Shown: positions 18,550 through 29,165 of the stretch, in pieces
How the letters are laid out: each line of letters opens with the position of its first letter
Numbering within the stretch: position 1 is the stretch's first letter
IMG/VR virus record: IMGVR_UViG_3300025010_000007
Span: 1 to 64,000 of that record
Strand: one strand, 5' to 3'
DNA from: a virus
DNA: 64,000 nt
Made by a program: the position numbers and the translations under genes
Notes under the pieces: generated by a model
Told to the model about the DNA's origin: nothing
Databases searched by the model: none
What the model saw: only the letters and a program-made list of their open reading frames with translations

Positions 18550-19410
18550 CTAGAGTTCGTATAACAAAACCTCTGCATCCAGTAGCTTTATACCGTCTAA
18601 ACCGTAAGTACCGTCGAGAAACCACAAGTCGTGTTCAATTATTACCCTGGAGCTGATATTTTCCGTATTTTGGTTGCTTGCAGTATAGCCTAAATTTAAG
18701 TCATGTTCTTTTTGGATCTCCTTACTACTAAGGTTATACGTACTATCAAGTAAAGCCGCTACAGATTGCTGTGTAGGCATATAAAAACCCATACATGTTA
18801 AAATAGGTTCATTGGCGTAAAGAGACCCACTAAGTAACCAACTACCGTCCAAATACAATATACGCTCATTCCAAAAATTGATTGTTGCCCGATAGGTAAT
18901 AGTAAGTTCTATCTCTTTGGGGTTTGTTGCTAAAAAAGGCATAACCCACACTTTACCAACATGCGCACGGGTAACTCTTTCAACGAAGGCAGTTATTTGG
19001 TCAAAGCCAAAAACATCTGTGTAAGACGGATTAGTTCGGATCCACATCTCACTTAAGTTAAATATGTTTTCGATAGTCACTTCTATCCCATAAGAGCGCA
19101 GTGCATTAATCAGATCCGACTTTGTCATCGGACCGCCGGGTTCTCGCATTATGGCGATAATATTAGCACGACGGACATCCAAGGATACAGCCGGATTTAT
19201 AGGTATACCGTACTCAGTTTCACGAATAGGTATGGTTTCAACGGCTGTAGAGACTCGCATTTCCTGCTTAACTTGATTAACTAAGGCGTCATACTTATCC
19301 AAAACGGTTCCCAGACCTCCAAAAAGCCTTTGGTTCCCCTGACCTTTTAAATCCAGCCACCTGTGCGGGAAAAAACTCAATAAAAACAATTTAAACCCCA
19401 AGGCCATCAC
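18550..19410 (-). CDS. Baseplate wedge protein (P2 gpI/DUF2313-like)
   Basis: Follows baseplate J; EYGIP..RRANI; LDGSW/LDGTY repeats. Confidence 0.75.
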   Translation of the reverse strand: MMALGFKLFLLSFFPHRWLDLKGQGNQRLFGGLGTVLDKYDALVNQVKQEMRVSTAVETIPIRETEYGIPINPAVSLDVRRANIIAIMREPGGPMTKSDLINALRSYGIEVTIENIFNLSEMWIRTNPSYTDVFGFDQITAFVERVTRAHVGKVWVMPFLATNPKEIELTITYRATINFWNERILYLDGSWLLSGSLYANEPILTCMGFYMPTQQSVAALLDSTYNLSSKEIQKEHDLNLGYTASNQNTENISSRVIIEHDLWFLDGTYGLDGIKLLDAEVLLYEL

Positions 19411-19413
19411 ATC

Positions 19414-20532
19414 CTACGATATTAAAATCGTTCCAGGTAGCGCCATCTCGGTATTATCCAGCACCTGGTTTGCTGCTGGTGTGGTCATATTAAAGTCAAT
19501 CAGTACTGGCTTTTTATCAGTGTCAATCAGGTCATAAGCACCGCTCGCTGCAGTAATAAGGTTAACCACACGGATAATTCGGTCAAGGTTTGCCTGTCCG
19601 TTAATATATTCCTTCAAAGCAGCTTCTACAATTGGCCTTCCCGTGTCAACTGTGTATCCTTCCCGCCACACACAATCGGTTAAAGTAACATCCACTGCAA
19701 CCCCCGTTGGTGAAATAACTAACACTCCTCCATCGGCAATATCGGCAGGTATTTTAGTGTCGATATACGCCTGCACATCATCAACAAGATCCTGGCTTGG
19801 TATCCCGTCAGGACCGGAAATCATAATATCAACTGTTCCATTACCACGATTGCGAGGAAAAACTGTAGCCGATACCACACCATTAACACTTTCAGCCCAG
19901 ATCTTATAGTCTGATGAGGTTCCCCCGCGCTCCGGGTTGCGCTTACGGGCCAGGATCCTGGCCCGGTATGGTTCATCGTCCTCTTTTTCTGTACCAGTCT
20001 GCAAAAGAGCCGAATCAGTTACAAAATCAAACCCGGCCTGAGCCACCAGGTTAATGGCACCATCGGGAACGTTTCCAATTTCCCCTGTCTGGGTGCATTC
20101 AACCTGTACCCCTACTATAAAAGAACTACCGGTAGGGATATATTTACCCTGCCCAACCACTACCCGAAACTGAACAGGTGGGTCATTACCAACCGGTGTG
20201 GTAGTTAATAAGAAATCATCTGGTACGAGTAGATCAGCAACCACAGGGGCACTTTTATGCAGCGTTACTGTATGAATGGACTTGGCAGCTAGTTTTCGGT
20301 CTACCCCATATTCATAACCCATTTCGTCTAATTTATCTTCTTTTGCTCCTATAGCTGTTAGCTGGTCATAAACCATTTTAATTACAACTACCAGTATATA
20401 AATAGCTTCTCTTAGTCCTACGATCAGATGTTTAATAACCCATTGATTAGCTAAATCCTGAATGGTTTTATTCGACCCAACAATGTCATTAACCAGGGTC
20501 TGTGTAATTTCGTCCTTTGTTGGCCATATCAA
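19414..20532 (-). CDS. Baseplate J-like protein
   Basis: GEIGNV, EDDEPYRARIL, GGTSSDYKIWA, GNGTVDI. Confidence 0.92.
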   Translation of the reverse strand: MIWPTKDEITQTLVNDIVGSNKTIQDLANQWVIKHLIVGLREAIYILVVVIKMVYDQLTAIGAKEDKLDEMGYEYGVDRKLAAKSIHTVTLHKSAPVVADLLVPDDFLLTTTPVGNDPPVQFRVVVGQGKYIPTGSSFIVGVQVECTQTGEIGNVPDGAINLVAQAGFDFVTDSALLQTGTEKEDDEPYRARILARKRNPERGGTSSDYKIWAESVNGVVSATVFPRNRGNGTVDIMISGPDGIPSQDLVDDVQAYIDTKIPADIADGGVLVISPTGVAVDVTLTDCVWREGYTVDTGRPIVEAALKEYINGQANLDRIIRVVNLITAASGAYDLIDTDKKPVLIDFNMTTPAANQVLDNTEMALPGTILIS

Positions 20533-20945
20533 ATATTTTCACCTCCAAGCGATAATTGAAGTTCCTGTAGCTCAGTCTCGCCTCGGGGAAGGTATTTAAC
20601 GTAAAGCATTTTGACCTGCTTACCTTCGATTGTGATTAACTGCAGCTGACATTCAAATACCTGCTCTATCCACCCTTGCCCTCCACTCTGGGTACCAATA
20701 AGCAGCAGGGCTGCTCTAGCCTCAGCCTCTACCATTCTCGCATTCTCCTCGGTATATGGCTTGGTTAGCAAAGTATACAATGTTGTTCCATAGTTGAGGA
20801 AAAACACACTTTCACCCAGGTCGGTTAATAGTCGTAAATAGGCTTGCTGCTTGATATTATCTTCGCTGCTAACAGTTGATAGGTTGTCCATGTCAAAAAC
20901 AATATCTCCGTTTAAAATTAAAATATCTGTTCCAGTATTTATCAT
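20529..20945 (-). CDS. Baseplate sheath-initiator (gp25/GPW-like)
   Basis: DNIKQQAYLRLLTDLGE..NYGT; position. Confidence 0.75.
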   Translation of the reverse strand: MINTGTDILILNGDIVFDMDNLSTVSSEDNIKQQAYLRLLTDLGESVFFLNYGTTLYTLLTKPYTEENARMVEAEARAALLLIGTQSGGQGWIEQVFECQLQLITIEGKQVKMLYVKYLPRGETELQELQLSLGGENI

Positions 20946-21352
20946 GTTTCAAACTCCGTTAACTTAGGTTCATCTTCAGCAACTAAGGGACCTTTATCAA
21001 TGAGCCCCAAGACCACATATTGTTCACTGCCGAGGCTTCCTTGAACTGCGGCTGCCAGAACTTCTTGGCCTACCTTGTAGGGCCACTGAGGCAGGTGTAT
21101 TGTATGATCCTCATGCGGGTGAGACGGTCCCGGGGGAACATGCTCAGGGTGCGTAGCATGGGTTTTATGCCGGCGAAACGGGTAAAAGGTATCCATAAGG
21201 CACCTACACCAGCCTGTTTCTGTTTCCCATGGCTGTATTAGAATCTTTAACAACCTGTTATCCTCGTCAACGGCAACAATTTCAGCGAAGACAATAGGGG
21301 ATTGAGGAATTAAATCTTCCATTGTTTTTTGCTGCTCAGTAAATAGTCTCAT
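20942..21352 (-). CDS. Short baseplate spike-like protein with His-rich insert
   Basis: OB-fold-like ETGWCR..KVGQEVL; position after hub. Confidence 0.6.
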   Translation of the reverse strand: MRLFTEQQKTMEDLIPQSPIVFAEIVAVDEDNRLLKILIQPWETETGWCRCLMDTFYPFRRHKTHATHPEHVPPGPSHPHEDHTIHLPQWPYKVGQEVLAAAVQGSLGSEQYVVLGLIDKGPLVAEDEPKLTEFET

Positions 21353-22479
21353 TAACCGAATTGCCCCCCTTCCTCAAAAGGTAGATTCGTAAAGCTAATT
21401 TCTGCCTTTAAACCTTCTTTTGATCCCAATACCACGATTTTAGGTGTAAAGTATACCTGACTCAACCCAACCCCCACACCATTTAGACTAATGCGCCGGT
21501 CATTTGATAGCTCCGGAAACCAGTCAGTGTCAAATGAACCATATACCTGCTGCCGAGACAAATCCTCCAGGATACTTCTTGCTTTTCTCTGGCATTGATC
21601 CCGGGTAAGATTCGGGTAGTAATACCGTTGGGTGTACTTGTGCCCGGTCGATGAACCTGAAAAGGACGCCTTTTCTACTATACGCTGCCCTTTGCCTTTC
21701 TTTTTACCAGGTATCCAGGATATAACCTCCACTATAAGGTTACGTGCTGCGTTGGGGGCTCTTTCAATACAAAAATGCTCATCAATGTTAAAGCCCCAGG
21801 TAAAAGAAATCGGGTCAAGGGTATAGCCGGGGAGATTTTCTTGCGGACCAAAATACCATTCCTCGCCCTTCACCCTTGTTGTAAATCCTTCATTTTGGGC
21901 CATATATAAAACAAAATCCCAGTGTGATATTTCACGCTTCGTGTCAACATGGTCTTCCTTTTCGTATCCACCTATCAGAGTGGCTGTTTCCACCGGTACC
22001 ACTGGAGTTAAACCATGAATAGCAGCAATTTGCTTAAACGCAGCTGTAGAAGTCTGGTTTTGCCACTTAGCTGTCTCCTTATAGTCAAATGGCTTTGCAG
22101 CATAAGAGCGACCATGGATAGTTACAATTTCCCCATCGCGCTTAGAGAAATCCCAAGTAGGCCTGTCCATCATGCCTTCAATTAACAAAGCAGGATCTCC
22201 CTCGCCCTCGAAACCGGCTTCAATTTTAACTGCTGCTGTGCCAAAAACCAGTTCAGAGGATTTTGATGGACCACTAAAGAGCAGTTCATCCCGAGGCTGG
22301 TTTTCGGTTACCTCCCATGGCAAAGTTACCTGAAAGGCATCAACTGCCCCCAATCCGTTAGCCTCTGCCTGAAAAGAAATCCAATCTACAACCCGCTTAT
22401 CATTTATACTTATTATTACTATTGGTTTACCAATAGTACGAAATGGACCTTTACGGTTCACAAAGGGATCCTTAAGCAC
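21352..22479 (-). CDS. Baseplate hub (late control D/gp27-like)
   Basis: TIHGRS, SHWDFVLYMAQNEG; position. Confidence 0.8.
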   Translation of the reverse strand: MLKDPFVNRKGPFRTIGKPIVIISINDKRVVDWISFQAEANGLGAVDAFQVTLPWEVTENQPRDELLFSGPSKSSELVFGTAAVKIEAGFEGEGDPALLIEGMMDRPTWDFSKRDGEIVTIHGRSYAAKPFDYKETAKWQNQTSTAAFKQIAAIHGLTPVVPVETATLIGGYEKEDHVDTKREISHWDFVLYMAQNEGFTTRVKGEEWYFGPQENLPGYTLDPISFTWGFNIDEHFCIERAPNAARNLIVEVISWIPGKKKGKGQRIVEKASFSGSSTGHKYTQRYYYPNLTRDQCQRKARSILEDLSRQQVYGSFDTDWFPELSNDRRISLNGVGVGLSQVYFTPKIVVLGSKEGLKAEISFTNLPFEEGGQFG

Positions 22480-23059
22480 TATTTATCACCAACTTCATGC
22501 CGGGTTGGATTTTATGCGGTCCATTAGCCAGAATGCCCTGATTATCCTGGTATATCTGTTCCCACTTATTTGGGTCACCTAAAAGGTTTGCGGCAATTCG
22601 GCTTAATGTATCTCCCGACTTTACGATATATTCTTTATTACTTATTGTCGTTGACTCCGCTACCAGTGAAGTTGCCTTATCTACCGCATCTACCACCTGA
22701 GTTTGATTTGAACTGTTATCAACAACCCGGCGTACCGTAATGGAAAAAGGAATTCGCCGGGCAGTCTTGTAATCCGGTAAGAATTCCTCTATTACTACAG
22801 GTATCGTAAATTTCTCAGTAGTAAGCAGCACTGCCTTTCCAGCAGTTCTCATTAGGCCTATGGTCATCATGCGTTCATAGGCATCAGTACCAGTAAACGT
22901 GCCACTCCAGCTTATAGGTCGGTAAGTCGGGCCAAAGTCCTGTATGCTCATACTGCCGCCCGGAAATTCCCGGATGGCTAACATCTGCTTGCCGCCTAAC
23001 TGGATTAAATCGGGCTTTTCAAAATCCCTTAGCTCAACCCCTCCGAGAGAAACTTTCAT
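22472..23059 (-). CDS. Tail tube initiator with LysM domain
   Basis: YIVKSGDTLSRIA..IQPGMKLVI. Confidence 0.88.
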   Translation of the reverse strand: MKVSLGGVELRDFEKPDLIQLGGKQMLAIREFPGGSMSIQDFGPTYRPISWSGTFTGTDAYERMMTIGLMRTAGKAVLLTTEKFTIPVVIEEFLPDYKTARRIPFSITVRRVVDNSSNQTQVVDAVDKATSLVAESTTISNKEYIVKSGDTLSRIAANLLGDPNKWEQIYQDNQGILANGPHKIQPGMKLVINSA

Positions 23060-23062
23060 CTA

Positions 23063-26000
23063 CTATACCCCCTGGAAGCTGGTATGCCGCCCTATAGTGA
23101 GTCGGGCTTGCTGGGCTTTAAAGCCACTTCTTCTTTCTAATATATCAGCCACGCGTTCGGCAAGTACCCTAGAATCCTCACCCGGCTGTTGATAAATGTT
23201 TATTGTCACATCTCCATGATTATACACTTCCTTCCTGCCCAACACATCTGACAGTCTATGATTAGGTGTAATTTGACTACCCCGCGGTACATTCATTAAC
23301 TCAGGCCCTTTTTCACCTACCCAGGCTAAGCCACCAGGGGCAGAATCCGTACCTGCAGCAAATCGAGCTATATTGTCATACATACTACCAGCTAATGCCT
23401 GACCACCAAACGAGCCCAAACCTGCACCAACTGCTGCACCAATCAGTGCTGTCAAAGGCGATAAAACACCAGCGCCGACAAGCGATCCGGTTACAGCACC
23501 AGTTAAAGCCCCTACTCCTATGGAACCCAGTGAAGAGCCTAGTTCTTTTGCTAATGCTTGCTTTTTATCATTTGCACTAATTATTTCCGATGCAGAAGCA
23601 AACAGTGCTAATGGTATAGCTAATCTTGAGAGTGTCTTAGTTATATCACTAAATCCCCGTGCAAGGTTTTTTGCTTGGTGGGCTATCCTGCGAACCTTAT
23701 CCGCTTCTTCTATTGTGTTTGTTTTAGCTATTTTCTTCACATAGTCTTTATGAATTTCATGTACGGCTTTTTCATATCCAGTTCTACTAGATTCAAGCCC
23801 TACCGCCGCGTATTCAGCATTGTTAGCGCTATTTTGTATTTTTTCGCTACCGAAAAATCCTTTGACCCCACCCCAGGCATTAGACATGAAATTTCCAATA
23901 CCACCAAAGAAACCTCCTTCAGCGTGCATTGGAATCCCTAGCATCTCTCCAGCCCTTTGCCATAAGGCTAGTGCTCCACCTCTTCTGCTTAGGGACAGAG
24001 GAATAATGACCTCTGGGCCAGCCTCACCTACAAGCCCAAGGTGTGAGCTGGTTATAATGCCACCGGAAGCGTACTTTGCAAGTGTCGAACCAGTTTCGCC
24101 TGACGTAACACTTACACTTCCGCCTATACCTGCACTCCTTTTAATATTTGACCATATCTCTTGCACCGCATGGACAGGGGACGTTGCCATGGACTTAATA
24201 CCATCCACCAACATGCTTATTATATTGGCACCGAGATTATAAAAATCTGTTCCTAAGTTACCAAGAGTAGACTTCATATCAGTCCATGTATCGGAAAACA
24301 TATTTTTGATGTCTGTCCAAGCCTTGCCCCATTTACCCGTTAAGATATCGCAACCAATAACAATAATACCAGACACAATATCCCATGCAATTTTAATTAC
24401 TCCCACAATATAATCCCAAGCTAGTTTGGCTGAACTTTTAATGACACTCCAAGCACCTTTTAGAAATGCAATTGCTGGCTGCACACCGTTTTTGATAAGC
24501 GGTCCTACCACTAACCATACATTTGCCATTGCCTGTTTTATAAGAGGCATATTAGTAATAAACCAGGATTTAACCGTTGTCCATGCGCTTATCGTAGAAC
24601 TTCTTACTGCGTTCCATGCTCCCATAATGGAATTCTTAATCTCATTAAATGCGGGCATAATCGCCGACTTAATAGTGTTCCAGAAACCAACCAATAATGG
24701 TCTTATGGTGTCCCAATTCTTGTACACAAGATAGGCAATACCTGCAACAGCAGCAATGGCAAGGACAGCTCCGCCAGAAAATAAGGCTATTTTACCGAAG
24801 GTGATACCAGCAACCGATAAGGCTAATTGTAGGGCTCTAAAAGATGTAACAACTACGGTAATTGCGCCACCTATTGCCAAAAAAGCACTAACACCACCCG
24901 CAATAGCAAATATATATTTACTCACCTGGGGATGCTTATCAAAATATTTTGTTAGCACCTCCAGTTCATCCCTTATAAGATTAAACATTTTCGATGTTCC
25001 ATCAAGCAAAGGTGTGCCCAGCACGGTCAGAGATGTAACCCATGATTCTTTAGCTGTATCCATTATTTGGTTAAAATTCTGCATTTGCAAAGACACGCGC
25101 TCATTTAAGCTCAACTGATTTATTAAGCCATCTTGAATTTCCTCAAGCGAACCCTCCCCAGTTCGCAGTAGGGTGTATGCTGTCCTTCCGCCCTGTTCGC
25201 CGAACACTTTATGGAACAGTTTAATTAGTTTATCTGTACCCATCCCTTGCTCCGCCAGTTCAAATTGCCGCCCTATCTCTTTTTCATCGGCAATAATTTT
25301 GCCTCCACCGACAGTTTTTCGTAATATTTCCGCAATATCTTTAGCGGCTTTTAGTTGTCCTCGTGGATCTTTAGCGTAATCAAGGAATATAGACTTACCT
25401 GAACTGTCCAGCCAACCGACTTCGGCCATCATCTCTGTTTGTTTTTTTGTTTGCGGTACAAGGCGTTCCAGGAAGTTGCGTACAAATGTACCAGCGGAAG
25501 CACCTTCAGGTGTTTGAGTTCTGGTTAATGCAACCAGCACAGAAGAATCCAACACCTGTTCAGCTTTACTCCTATTAAGCCACATTCGCGTAGCTACACC
25601 AGCCATATTACCCAGGCCCCGGTTAATATCTTCTGCATTTGCTGAAGAAGCTGCAGCTACTTTTGTTACTGTATCAGCAGCTTCAAGCATTTGCTGGCCT
25701 GTCAACTGAAAACCAGCTCTAGTTTGAACCATAAGTTCTGCAGCAGATTCTGGAACCATTTTATTTAACTGAGCAAATTTTATAGTGGCCTCAGCGGCTC
25801 CGTTCATAATATCCTGATACTGAATACCGCCCTTTTGAAGCTCAACAAAAACACGTCCGGCATCAAGATTAGAAAATGTTGTTTCAAGACCTAACCTGGT
25901 GGTAAGGTTTTGAATGTCATGCATTTTTTGAGTAATTTCATTGGCCTTGGACGGGTCAAAAAGATCTTTACCGAAAGTTAAGGACTTAATTTCAGTCATA

Positions 26001-26248
26001 ACTTCCTGCAGGTCTCCAGCCTTACTCACCGCTTCCTTGGCAGCTGCAGCGGTAGCTAACATTCCTGCTGTACCAACTGCAGCAAGGGCTCCCCCGGCAA
26101 AGCTAATATTTCTTAAACGGTTCATTTGATCTTGAACTTGCTGAGTTGCGCCTTCCAGTAAGCGAAATTGTGAAATTATATTCCTGACACCGCTACTGAT
26201 ATGATCTGCTAGCGATATACTTATCGCTAAATCTAATATCGAACTCAT
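23063..26248 (-). CDS. Tail tape measure protein
   Basis: TP901-type core, periodic Trp repeats, GEAGPE/GEKGPE motifs; start MSSIL after GGAGGTG. Confidence 0.93.
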   Translation of the reverse strand: MSSILDLAISISLADHISSGVRNIISQFRLLEGATQQVQDQMNRLRNISFAGGALAAVGTAGMLATAAAAKEAVSKAGDLQEVMTEIKSLTFGKDLFDPSKANEITQKMHDIQNLTTRLGLETTFSNLDAGRVFVELQKGGIQYQDIMNGAAEATIKFAQLNKMVPESAAELMVQTRAGFQLTGQQMLEAADTVTKVAAASSANAEDINRGLGNMAGVATRMWLNRSKAEQVLDSSVLVALTRTQTPEGASAGTFVRNFLERLVPQTKKQTEMMAEVGWLDSSGKSIFLDYAKDPRGQLKAAKDIAEILRKTVGGGKIIADEKEIGRQFELAEQGMGTDKLIKLFHKVFGEQGGRTAYTLLRTGEGSLEEIQDGLINQLSLNERVSLQMQNFNQIMDTAKESWVTSLTVLGTPLLDGTSKMFNLIRDELEVLTKYFDKHPQVSKYIFAIAGGVSAFLAIGGAITVVVTSFRALQLALSVAGITFGKIALFSGGAVLAIAAVAGIAYLVYKNWDTIRPLLVGFWNTIKSAIMPAFNEIKNSIMGAWNAVRSSTISAWTTVKSWFITNMPLIKQAMANVWLVVGPLIKNGVQPAIAFLKGAWSVIKSSAKLAWDYIVGVIKIAWDIVSGIIVIGCDILTGKWGKAWTDIKNMFSDTWTDMKSTLGNLGTDFYNLGANIISMLVDGIKSMATSPVHAVQEIWSNIKRSAGIGGSVSVTSGETGSTLAKYASGGIITSSHLGLVGEAGPEVIIPLSLSRRGGALALWQRAGEMLGIPMHAEGGFFGGIGNFMSNAWGGVKGFFGSEKIQNSANNAEYAAVGLESSRTGYEKAVHEIHKDYVKKIAKTNTIEEADKVRRIAHQAKNLARGFSDITKTLSRLAIPLALFASASEIISANDKKQALAKELGSSLGSIGVGALTGAVTGSLVGAGVLSPLTALIGAAVGAGLGSFGGQALAGSMYDNIARFAAGTDSAPGGLAWVGEKGPELMNVPRGSQITPNHRLSDVLGRKEVYNHGDVTINIYQQPGEDSRVLAERVADILERRSGFKAQQARLTIGRHTSFQGV

Positions 26249-26301
26249 AAAATCACCTCCCTTACTAAAATAAAAGCATCCTATATAGGATGCCATAGCT
26301 T

Positions 26302-27171
26302 TCATCTTAACTTTATTGAGTTAAAAACACCTGTTATTTCATCTTTAACTGCTTGAACATTACCGCCAGTACCATCAAGGTCGTTCCACATTTCTTTAAT
26401 TAAATCAACGTGTATTTTTATATACAAATCGTTTATACTAAATACGTTATTGGCATTTTCCGGCAATACTAGTCCAACTGGAAACTCTTCAGTAAATATA
26501 TTTCTGTTTTTATCAATATTAGCCCGGGTTTCATTGGCAAAACTTGCCCATTCAAGTTTATCATAGTTATTTCTTTGTTCGTTATATTTTTGGTTAATGG
26601 AATTATAAATAGATTTTAAAAAGTCTACATGAATTTGCAACTTCTCACTTTCTACTACTGACTGAGGTTTTTGTGAGGAGGCTTTTAATTTTATATCCAC
26701 CTCTCGCGATACCCTCATAATGTTAAAGCCAAACGACTCTTGGACACTATCTCCTTTCAAATACTCCCCATCCTTACCAACCAATTTAAGTACAGAGTCT
26801 GACTGATTACGAGGAGTAAACAAAACTTCAACAACATAAGGACCTATGAATTCAGGGTGATTAGGTGGTAGCAACTCAGTTGAAAACTTTCCATTAATAA
26901 CTTCCACCCCGCTAGTTACTCCTATATATGCTGCCGTTTCTGGACGTCCTGCAACATCAAGGCTAACAGAAAGTTTTGAACCTACAGGTAAATCTGTTGT
27001 ACCGGCAATCAAGACTTTATCATTCTGGTAATCTACATCTAAGATTTCGAGTTTTGAAAATTCATTTGTTCTATCATTGCTTTTATTTCCAACTTCCTCT
27101 TTATCACCTTCACACCCCACCAAAACCACCATCAACAAAGCCATCATCACAAAAAGTAAAATTTTCCTCAC
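26302..27171 (-). CDS. Lipoprotein (moron)
   Basis: Signal peptide with lipobox VLVG-C. Confidence 0.8.
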   Translation of the reverse strand: MRKILLFVMMALLMVVLVGCEGDKEEVGNKSNDRTNEFSKLEILDVDYQNDKVLIAGTTDLPVGSKLSVSLDVAGRPETAAYIGVTSGVEVINGKFSTELLPPNHPEFIGPYVVEVLFTPRNQSDSVLKLVGKDGEYLKGDSVQESFGFNIMRVSREVDIKLKASSQKPQSVVESEKLQIHVDFLKSIYNSINQKYNEQRNNYDKLEWASFANETRANIDKNRNIFTEEFPVGLVLPENANNVFSINDLYIKIHVDLIKEMWNDLDGTGGNVQAVKDEITGVFNSIKLR

Positions 27172-27290
27172 AATACCCCTCCTTTTCAGTAATTAATACC
27201 ACACCGGAGAGGTATTTCCTTCTTTTCCTGCTAGACAATCACCAAGCATCTAAGTTATATTATTTACTCATAGCAATCACTTCCTCTAAT

Positions 27291-27306
27291 TATTCCACGT
27301 GGAATA
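27291..27306. promoter_or_regulatory. parS/NBS-hybrid palindrome, copy 3 (TATTCCACGTGGAATA)
   Basis: Perfect 22-bp palindrome 27288-27309, intergenic. Confidence 0.8.
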
Positions 27307-27348
27307 ATTCTGTCACTCTTAATAATATTCGTCGACATTCTTTTACAA

Positions 27349-27373
27349 AGGAATCACCTCACTGTTGTCGAAT
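27349..27373 (+). promoter_or_regulatory. Sigma-H-like promoter
   Basis: AGGA-17 nt-GAAT; overlaps TGTCGAA (Spo0A-box sequence). Confidence 0.6.
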
Positions 27374-27406
27374 ATTGCCATGGGGTGTAATTCGAGAGAA
27401 AGAGAG

Positions 27407-27559
27407 GTGATTAATATTAGCGATAAACCAAAAGATGCTGAGAAACCCAGACTAGTACCAATACTCGACCATGCCTTAAATGAATCGTACCTAAAAGAAA
27501 CTGCAAGATTAACAGAACAAGTGGATAACGATCCACCGCCACCACCCAAGAAGCCTTAA
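27407..27559 (+). CDS. Small Pro-tailed peptide (start uncertain)
   Basis: Downstream of a sigma-H-like promoter; convergent with 27561..28223. Confidence 0.5.
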   Translation: MINISDKPKDAEKPRLVPILDHALNESYLKETARLTEQVDNDPPPPPKKP

Positions 27560-27560
27560 T

Positions 27561-28223
27561 TTATTGCCTGAATTCTTCGGCCCTCCGTTTAGCATCTTCG
27601 TATGCTGACGGAGGGAAAAATTCATAAACTGTTTTAGTAACTGTATCTACGTATGTTCTTTCAGGCTTCTCAAGCCATCCATTCCAAGCTTGAAACTGCT
27701 CCGTACAAATTAAAAGCATTCCCTTGTCTTGAGCCCCAGGAGTCCAGCTTGCTTCAAATAAACCTACTATCGCACATTCCTTCTTATCAATTTGGTAAAC
27801 TCGAATAATAGCTTCTTTTTCGCTACCAACAAACTTCTCCCAAGCAGATTCTGACGACAGTACTGGACGTAGCCCATCCCGTTTTTTGTATGTCCAATTG
27901 AGAATAAATCTTCTCCCCTGCTTTTCCCACCATAAAGCTATTAGTAAAGCAACGATAAAAACAGTAAGAATATAAAAAATAAAACACGGCATTTTTAAAG
28001 TAATAGCTTCAAAATCTATTATAGAAAGTTTTTTATGAAATCTAATTGATGCTGCTCCCCAAGTAAGTAAGATGCCTGGGATACTGAAAAGCAATCCGAT
28101 TACTGTTTTCTCAAAATCAGTGGAAGTCTTGCTCTCAGATGGACCAATCATCCGTGCCAAATATGAAGCGATTATGCCGGGCAGCACCAATAAAATAGTG
28201 CCAAGTAAATTAAAATTAGTCAT
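27561..28223 (-). CDS. 3-TM membrane protein (DUF6338-like), paralog of 31320..31973
   Basis: LLVLPGIIA..TDFEK..LFSIP..SAWEKF..TYVDT. Confidence 0.7.
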   Translation of the reverse strand: MTNFNLLGTILLVLPGIIASYLARMIGPSESKTSTDFEKTVIGLLFSIPGILLTWGAASIRFHKKLSIIDFEAITLKMPCFIFYILTVFIVALLIALWWEKQGRRFILNWTYKKRDGLRPVLSSESAWEKFVGSEKEAIIRVYQIDKKECAIVGLFEASWTPGAQDKGMLLICTEQFQAWNGWLEKPERTYVDTVTKTVYEFFPPSAYEDAKRRAEEFRQ

Positions 28224-28286
28224 TGTTTCACCTCAATACTAGAGTTCGATATAATTTCCATTTTCCCCTCCAGTATATTCTTAAAT

Positions 28287-28302
28287 TATTTCACGTGGAA
28301 TA
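28287..28302. promoter_or_regulatory. parS/NBS-hybrid palindrome, copy 4 (TATTTCACGTGGAATA)
   Basis: Within a 28-bp near-perfect palindrome 28281-28308, intergenic. Confidence 0.8.
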
Positions 28303-28398
28303 ATTTAAACAACCCCCCTTCCCTTTTCATCGATAAACTCTATCAATAGAAAAACACCCTGGGAATGGGTGTTTTAATCTAAATTTATGTCACCAGTT

Positions 28399-28827
28399 TC
28401 ATTTTCTCGAACACTCTATCTTATCTGGCAATGTCTCAAAATCATAATCATCGGGAAAAACATCAATTACTTTCCATCCAAGTCTGTTAAGCTCCCCGTC
28501 TCTTACCCTAGCCTTTCTACTAGAAAATATGGTTTTTGAGGTCCATATCTCAATGCCTACGGAACAGGTAGGAATGCCTATATCAAGATAATATAAAGGC
28601 TTTTCTTCAAATCCCAATAGCACTGGAAATTCAATTGCTGCAACATAGCTATTTTGTATTATTTTAATAAATGCAGACATTTTTAAGAAATAGTGTAGAT
28701 ATGTTTCATTTCTATGTTTACCATATCTACTTCTCAATGATTTATACATATCTTTGAGCGGGAACCCTTCAAAAACACCATTCCTTAAATCTTCATTTAA
28801 TTTTTCGATATTAATGGTATCTACCAC
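28399..28827 (-). CDS. DUF559/Vsr-like PD-(D/E)xK endonuclease-fold protein
   Basis: YYLDIGI..VGIEI..RDGELNRLGWKVI. Confidence 0.6.
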   Translation of the reverse strand: MVDTINIEKLNEDLRNGVFEGFPLKDMYKSLRSRYGKHRNETYLHYFLKMSAFIKIIQNSYVAAIEFPVLLGFEEKPLYYLDIGIPTCSVGIEIWTSKTIFSSRKARVRDGELNRLGWKVIDVFPDDYDFETLPDKIECSRK

Positions 28828-28923
28828 TTCTTATTCCTCCATGGGTTAAAAGAGTTTTAAGTTAAAATTCCGTTATCGACCAAATCAATAACGGAATTAA
28901 TGAGAATAGGTATCTTGACTCCC

Positions 28924-29165
28924 CTACTTAACCCGCCTTAACTGGCCCGGAATATTCCCATTAGACCAGCTAAATACAACCTCGCCCTTTAGGTCTATCT
29001 CTGCCTTTACCCGACCCAGGAGAACCCCTACAATCATAATCTTACCTATTTCTGCACCTGCCAAATCGCCGCTATCAATATCCTTATCCACCTGCTCAGC
29101 GGCTTTGCGTAATACGGCTGTTCAAACTGTTCAATTTGAGCCTGATTAATTTGAGGCAGATTCAT
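28924..29165 (-). pseudogene. Small gene with apparent 1-nt deletion near 29118
   Basis: MNLPQINQAQIEQFE continues as AVLRKAAEQVDKDIDSGD...RRVK* in another frame. Confidence 0.5.

Noticed and set aside
23395-26129. Numerous + strand ORFs opposite the tape measure and other long genes
   Set aside because: Antisense shadows without RBS or recognisable motifs
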